This document shows positions 27,436-32,000 of a stretch of DNA of 32,000 nucleotides, in pieces. The stretch is from Archaeoglobus fulgidus DSM 4304 (GTDB taxonomy: Archaea > Halobacteriota > Archaeoglobi > Archaeoglobales > Archaeoglobaceae): contig NC_000917.1 of assembly GCF_000008665.1 (NCBI RefSeq), forward strand, positions 420,001 to 452,000. The letters run 5' to 3'. The stretch's first letter is position 1, and each line of letters starts with the position of its first letter. The translations under genes were made by a program, and so were the position numbers. The notes beneath the pieces are model-generated. The model saw only the letters and a list, made by a program, of their open reading frames with translations, searched no databases and was not told where the DNA came from.

Positions 27436-27752
27436 AGAGACTTATTTTTGTAATAGGTGTTTTCATCGTAGCTCTTGCGCTCTCCGCTTTCCACTGGGTT
27501 GGCATCATAATCGGAGGGCTGATTGTGGGGTACTTCTCTAAGAATTTGAAGGAAGCGGTTGCTGCTGGCTTAGCGCTGAGCCTGTTCATCTTCGGAGCCT
27601 TTCTTGCCTACTTGGCCTACATGGGAATGCTTGAGAAGTTTCTTACCCTCTCACCACTGCCTTACATAAGCATTCTGCTGTGCATGGCTCTCGCGGTAAT
27701 TTCCGCAACCATCACAAACTTTTTTTCACCTTTCGCAGTAAAGCAATCGTGA
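27432..27752 (+). CDS. Small membrane protein (3 predicted TM helices), hypothetical
   Basis: 106 aa and strongly hydrophobic. ATGA overlap with the acylase stop and GTGA overlap with the Pop5 start. Confidence 0.6.
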   Translation: MKRLIFVIGVFIVALALSAFHWVGIIIGGLIVGYFSKNLKEAVAAGLALSLFIFGAFLAYLAYMGMLEKFLTLSPLPYISILLCMALAVISATITNFFSPFAVKQS

Positions 27753-28078
27753 AGGGTTTGCCACCATCACTGAGAAGCAGAAAAAGATATATTGCCTTCA
27801 GGATTATAGCTGAAAAAAAGATCGACGAGAGGTCACTTTCCCGCGCTCTCTCAGAGAAAATGCTGAGCCTGTTCGGAGAGTGCTTTGCAGCCAGCGGACT
27901 CAGGCTGGAAGCATTCGACGGAGAGAGGGGGATAGTAAGGTGCTACAGGGAAGCGCTCGATAAGGTGATGGTGGCTCTCACGTTAATGACGCACGTGGGA
28001 GGTGTGAGGGTAATCCCGCTGACATTGGGTGTCAGCGGTACAATAAAAAGGTGTAAAAGAAAGTATTTGGAGGTGTGA
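27749..28078 (+). CDS. rnp2: RNase P protein component 2 (Pop5 homologue)
   Basis: VKGLPPSLRSRKRYIAFRIIAEKKIDE...GIVRCYREALDKV...TLGVSGTIKRCKRKYL is a Pop5-like layout. GTG 27749 is chosen as the start because the track Met 27680 would add a frame-shifted overlap of the membrane gene. Confidence 0.8.
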   Translation: MKGLPPSLRSRKRYIAFRIIAEKKIDERSLSRALSEKMLSLFGECFAASGLRLEAFDGERGIVRCYREALDKVMVALTLMTHVGGVRVIPLTLGVSGTIKRCKRKYLEV

Positions 28079-28080
28079 AC

Positions 28081-28821
28081 ATGCATTTACCGCAAATGGG
28101 ATATGATAGGGCAATAACGGTATTCAGCCCTGATGGAAGACTGTTCCAGGTGGAATACGCCAGAGAGGCTGTAAAAAGAGGAGCAACGGCTATAGGCATT
28201 AAGTGCAAAGAGGGTGTCATCCTGATAGCTGATAAGAGGGTAGGCAGCAAGCTTCTCGAGGCGGACACGATTGAGAAGATATACAAGATTGACGAGCACA
28301 TCTGTGCCGCAACATCTGGACTAGTGGCGGATGCAAGGGTGCTTATCGACAGGGCGAGAATAGAGGCCCAGATTAACAGGCTTACCTACGATGAGCCTAT
28401 AACGGTGAAGGAGCTTGCAAAGAAAATCTGCGACTTCAAGCAGCAGTACACTCAGTACGGAGGTGTAAGGCCCTTTGGCGTTTCGCTTCTCATCGCCGGT
28501 GTCGATGAGGTTCCGAAGCTATACGAAACTGACCCAAGCGGTGCCCTGCTGGAGTACAAGGCAACGGCCATAGGTATGGGCAGAAATGCAGTTACCGAGT
28601 TCTTCGAAAAGGAGTACCGCGATGACCTCAGCTTCGATGACGCCATGGTTCTCGGACTCGTTGCAATGGGACTTTCCATTGAATCGGAGCTCGTCCCGGA
28701 GAACATCGAGGTTGGCTACGTTAAAGTTGACGACAGAACCTTCAAGGAAGTGTCTCCTGAGGAGCTCAAGCCTTACGTGGAGAGAGCGAACGAGAGGATT
28801 AGGGAGCTGCTGAAGAAGTGA
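28081..28821 (+). CDS. psmA: Proteasome alpha subunit
   Basis: MHLPQMGYDRAITVFSPDGRLFQVEYAREAVKRG is the canonical alpha N-terminus. GTG 28075 is an alternative start. Confidence 0.95.
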   Translation: MHLPQMGYDRAITVFSPDGRLFQVEYAREAVKRGATAIGIKCKEGVILIADKRVGSKLLEADTIEKIYKIDEHICAATSGLVADARVLIDRARIEAQINRLTYDEPITVKELAKKICDFKQQYTQYGGVRPFGVSLLIAGVDEVPKLYETDPSGALLEYKATAIGMGRNAVTEFFEKEYRDDLSFDDAMVLGLVAMGLSIESELVPENIEVGYVKVDDRTFKEVSPEELKPYVERANERIRELLKK

Positions 28822-28824
28822 AGT

Positions 28825-29529
28825 ATGGTATCCCTCGATAAGGCAGTAATCGCAAGGCTCAGAAAGGGCGGAGAGGAGTTTGAGGTCCTCGTTGACCCCT
28901 ACTTAGCCAGAGACCTCAAGGAAGGAAAGGAGGTCAACTTCGAGGACCTCCTCGCCGCAGAGGAAGTGTTCAAAGACGCGAAAAAGGGCGAGAGGGCCTC
29001 GGTGGACGAGCTGAGGAAGATATTTGGCACAGACGACGTTTTCGAGATTGCCAGGAAAATCATACTCGAAGGAGAGGTTCAGATAACCGCCGAGCAGAGA
29101 AGGGAAATGCTCGAGGCGAAAAGAAAGCAGATCATCAACTTCATAAGCAGAAATACGATTGATCCGAGAACGAACGCTCCACACCCTCCCTCAAGGATCG
29201 AGAGGGCCTTAGAGGAGGCGAAGGTTCACATCGACATTTTCAAGTCCGTTGAAGCTCAGGTAAAGGATATCGTAAAAGCTCTAAAGCCAATTCTTCCGCT
29301 GAAGTTTGAGGAAATGGAAATTGCCATTAAAATACCGCCTGAACACACTGGAAGGGCTATCTCCGCCCTGTATAACTTTGGAGGCGTGACAAGGGAGGAA
29401 TGGCAGAGGGATGGAAGCTGGATTTGCGTGATGCGCATACCATCCGGAATGTACGGTGACCTGATGGACCTGCTTGGAAAAGTCGCGAAAGGAGAGGCTC
29501 TGACAAAGGTTTTGAGGAGGATAGGATAA
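28825..29529 (+). CDS. SBDS-family ribosome maturation protein
   Basis: 234 aa. The N-terminal FYSH-like segment ([18 protein letters not shown]) and its position between psmA and rrp4 match the conserved archaeal superoperon. Confidence 0.88.
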
Positions 29530-30200
29530 TGAGGAAGATAGTACTGCCAGGAGATTTGCTTTCCACAAATCCACGTGCCGCAGGTTACGGAACGTACGTG
29601 GAAGGTGGGAAAGTTTACGCAAAGATAATAGGCCTTTTTGATCAAACCGAGACTCACGTTAGGGTAATCCCTCTGAAGGGGAGGTACACACCTTCCGTTG
29701 GGGATGTTGTGATCGGCATAATAAGGGAGGTTGCCGCCAACGGCTGGGCTGTTGACATTTACTCACCCTATCAGGCCTTTTTGCCTGTAAGCGAGAATCC
29801 GGAAATGAAGCCGAACAAGAAACCGAATGAAGTTTTGGATATAGGTGATGCGATCATAGCAAAGGTTCTGAACATTGACCCAAAAATGAAGGTCACTCTG
29901 ACCATGAAAGACAGAATCTGCAGGCCGATAAGGTTCGGCAGGATCGTTGCCATCAACCCTGCAAGGGTTCCGAGAGTCATCGGCAAAAAGGGGAGCATGA
30001 TAAAGCTGCTGAAGAGCGAGCTCGACGTTCAGATCGTCGTTGGGCAGAACGGTCTGATATGGGTGAACGGAGACCGCAGAAAAGTTTCCATCGCCGAGGA
30101 GGCAATCTACCTTATCGAGCAGGAGGCTCATACGGAAGGTTTAACAGATAGGGTTGCAGAATTTATAAAGAGGAGGAAGGCAGATGTCGGAATTCAATGA
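29529..30200 (+). CDS. rrp4: Exosome cap subunit Rrp4 (S1 + KH)
   Basis: S1 segment ([23 protein letters not shown]) and KH segment ([13 protein letters not shown]). TAATG junction with the SBDS gene. Confidence 0.9.
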
Positions 30201-30960
30201 AAAACCAGAAAAGTTAATTGTAGATGGTTTAAGGCTCGATGGAAGGAAATTCGACGAGCTCAGACCAATTAAAATTGAGGCAAGCGTTTTAAAAAGGGCT
30301 GACGGGTCTTGCTACCTTGAAATGGGGAAGAACAAGGTAATTGCAGCGGTTTTCGGGCCGAGAGAAGTGCATCCAAGACACCTTCAGGATCCGAGCAAGG
30401 CCATCATAAGATACAGATACAACATGGCTCCTTTCAGCGTTGAAGAGCGAAAGAGGCCGGGGCCTGACAGAAGGAGCATTGAAATCTCCAAGGTCAGCAA
30501 GGAGGCCTTTGAGGCGGTGATTATGAAAGAACTCTTTCCTAGAAGTGCGATTGACATTTTTGTCGAGGTTTTGCAGGCTGATGCGGGAAGCAGGACAGCC
30601 TGCCTGAATGCTGCAAGCGTTGCGCTCGTCGATGCCGGAGTGCCTATGAAGGGAATGATCACGTCCGTTGCGGTGGGGAAGGCTGACGGACAGCTCGTCC
30701 TCGACCCAATGAAAGAGGAGGACAATTTTGGTGAGGCCGACATGCCCTTCGCATTCCTCATCAGAAACGGAAAGATTGAGTCCATTGCACTTCTCCAGAT
30801 GGACGGCAGAATGACGAGGGATGAGGTAAAGCAGGCGATTGAGCTTGCGAAGAAGGGAGCACTGCAGATTTACGAGATGCAGAGGGAGGCGATACTCAGG
30901 AGGTACATAGAGGTAGGAGAGGAGATGGACGAGATAACAGAGGGTGGTGAAGATGCCTGA
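30184..30960 (+). CDS. rrp41: Exosome catalytic ring subunit Rrp41 (RNase PH domain)
   Basis: [34 protein letters not shown] and ADAGSRTA are RNase PH-type motifs. Confidence 0.92.
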
Positions 30961-31732
30961 AGACATCCTTGTGGACATTAAAAGGGACTACGTTCTGTCG
31001 AAGCTGAGGGACAACGAGAGGATAGACGGCAGAGGTTTCGACGAGTTCAGAAAGGTAGAGATAATACCGAATGTCATAGAGAAGGCTGAAGGTTCGGCGC
31101 TTGTCAAGCTGGGTGACACGCAGGTAGTGGTTGGAGTTAAAATGCAGCCGGGCGAGCCCTATCCGGACACCCCCGACAGGGGGGTTATAATCGTCAACGC
31201 CGAGCTCGTTCCTCTTGCATCGCCAACCTTCGAGCCGGGACCACCCGACGAGAACTCCATCGAACTGGCAAGAGTTGTTGACAGAGGTATCAGGGAGAGC
31301 GAGGCTGTGGACCTCTCAAAGCTCGTGATTGAAGAGGGAGAGAAGGTTTGGATCGTTTTTGTGGACATCCACGCTCTTGACGATGACGGAAACCTCCTGG
31401 ATGCTTCGGCCTTAGCTGCAATCGCCGCTCTGATGAACACCAAGGTTCCGGCAGAGAGGTTCGACCTTGGAGAGGACTACCTGCTGCCCGTCAGAGACCT
31501 TCCGGTGTCTGTGACGTCGCTGATTGTGGGTAACAAGTATCTCGTCGACCCCAGCAGGGAGGAAATGAGCGTTGGAGATACGACTCTTACAATCACAACC
31601 GACAAGGATGATAACGTCGTTGCGATGCAGAAAAGCGGTGGTTACCTGCTAGATGAAAAGCTTTTCGATGAGCTTCTGGATGTGAGCATAAACTGCGCGA
31701 GGAAGCTGAGGGAGAAATTTAAGGAAATTTAA
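30953..31732 (+). CDS. rrp42: Exosome ring subunit Rrp42 (RNase PH-like, non-catalytic)
   Basis: [34 protein letters not shown] and operon position. ATG 30953 is preferred; GTG 30944 is an alternative. Confidence 0.9.
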   Translation: MPEDILVDIKRDYVLSKLRDNERIDGRGFDEFRKVEIIPNVIEKAEGSALVKLGDTQVVVGVKMQPGEPYPDTPDRGVIIVNAELVPLASPTFEPGPPDENSIELARVVDRGIRESEAVDLSKLVIEEGEKVWIVFVDIHALDDDGNLLDASALAAIAALMNTKVPAERFDLGEDYLLPVRDLPVSVTSLIVGNKYLVDPSREEMSVGDTTLTITTDKDDNVVAMQKSGGYLLDEKLFDELLDVSINCARKLREKFKEI

Positions 31733-31772
31733 TTTTCTTTATTATTTTGTTGTTGTTTATGAAAATTTTTTT
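31733..31772 (+). terminator. T-rich terminator region after rrp42
   Basis: TTTTCTTTATTATTTTGTTGTTGTTT follows the stop directly, with a T7 run at 31766-31772. This is the first real intergenic space after 6.6 kb of contiguous genes. Confidence 0.45.
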
Positions 31773-32000
31773 AGTCCAAAATTGTTGTAAAGGAAACGCA
31801 ATTGTATCCATGTATGGATGCAAACACCACGAAGATTACAGAAATACTAAGAACTACGCAGCGTACTTTGCTATTTGCCCCGTTAATCTGCTCCAAACTA
31901 TAATAAGCAGTCCCAGCAAAAAACCATATTTCATGATATAGGTTACCTTCTTGTCAAATTCTTCTTTGCGTTCATGTTTTCCCACGCGTAGAATAATATG

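Noticed and set aside
27680-27748. Track start (Met 27680) for the Pop5 gene
   Set aside because: The extra 23 aa overlap the membrane-protein gene out of frame and are not Pop5-like. GTG 27749 sits exactly on the upstream TGA and precedes the conserved LPPSLR..KRYIAF segment.
31747-31941. 64-aa plus-strand ORF after rrp42, and a partial minus-strand ORF entering from the window end (32000 down to stop at 31854)
   Set aside because: The plus ORF lies in an AT-rich terminator region and has an odd Cys/Asn/Tyr-rich composition and no start signals. The minus ORF (..MKYGFLLGLLIIVWSRLTGQIAKYAA*) is only 49 codons in-window with nothing recognisable. Neither can be supported.
1-32000. CRISPR arrays, IS elements or transposases, integrases, toxin-antitoxin pairs, rRNA genes
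   Set aside because: I saw no regularly spaced direct repeats, terminal inverted repeats or recognisable transposase, integrase or Cas motifs in any listed ORF. The two AbrB-fold proteins lack a partner toxin gene.

Overview
Gene-dense archaeal chromosome segment with about 34 protein genes and 1 tRNA. Many start/stop codons overlap and TATA boxes sit about 20-25 nt upstream of starts. Gene content, order and protein sequences look like Archaeoglobus, probably A. fulgidus; this is recognition from memory and cannot be verified here. The supporting cases are a Cu-ATPase with both N- and C-terminal CxxC domains, the Pop5-PsmA-SBDS-Rrp4-Rrp41-Rrp42 superoperon, PsmB-aCPSF1, a geranylgeranyl reductase and gyrase A. 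Left to right: (1) polyferredoxin interrupted by an in-frame TAG, then a small ferredoxin and geranylgeranyl reductase. (2) gyrA. (3) tRNA(CAT). (4) a four-subunit 2-oxoacid:ferredoxin oxidoreductase followed by a TAXI-type TRAP transporter. (5) a metal-resistance islet: AbrB-PhoU-like protein, copA, Lrp-TRASH regulator, ACR3 arsenite pump and a small Cys-rich AbrB-like protein. (6) an AAA ATPase, PhnP-like MBL hydrolase and hydantoinase-like protein in one operon, with a convergent class II aldolase. (7) proteasome beta plus aCPSF1. (8) a block of zinc-ribbon proteins, a RibA with a degenerate RibB domain, a YkgJ Cys-cluster protein, and a penicillin-acylase-family Ntn hydrolase with a small membrane protein. 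(9) the exosome/proteasome-alpha superoperon. I saw no CRISPR array, transposase, integrase or recognisable defence gene. The window is mostly core housekeeping, and I found no convincing wholly new multi-gene system. The best leads are: the Cys-triad AbrB protein translationally coupled to ACR3 as a possible non-ArsR arsenite sensor; the polyferredoxin TAG with intact Fe-S motifs downstream of it; the acylase and membrane gene joined to the head of the superoperon; the degenerate-RibB/RibA, Zn-ribbon and YkgJ chain; and the AAA/PhnP-like/ASKHA operon. All product calls rest on motif recognition by eye; no searches were run.
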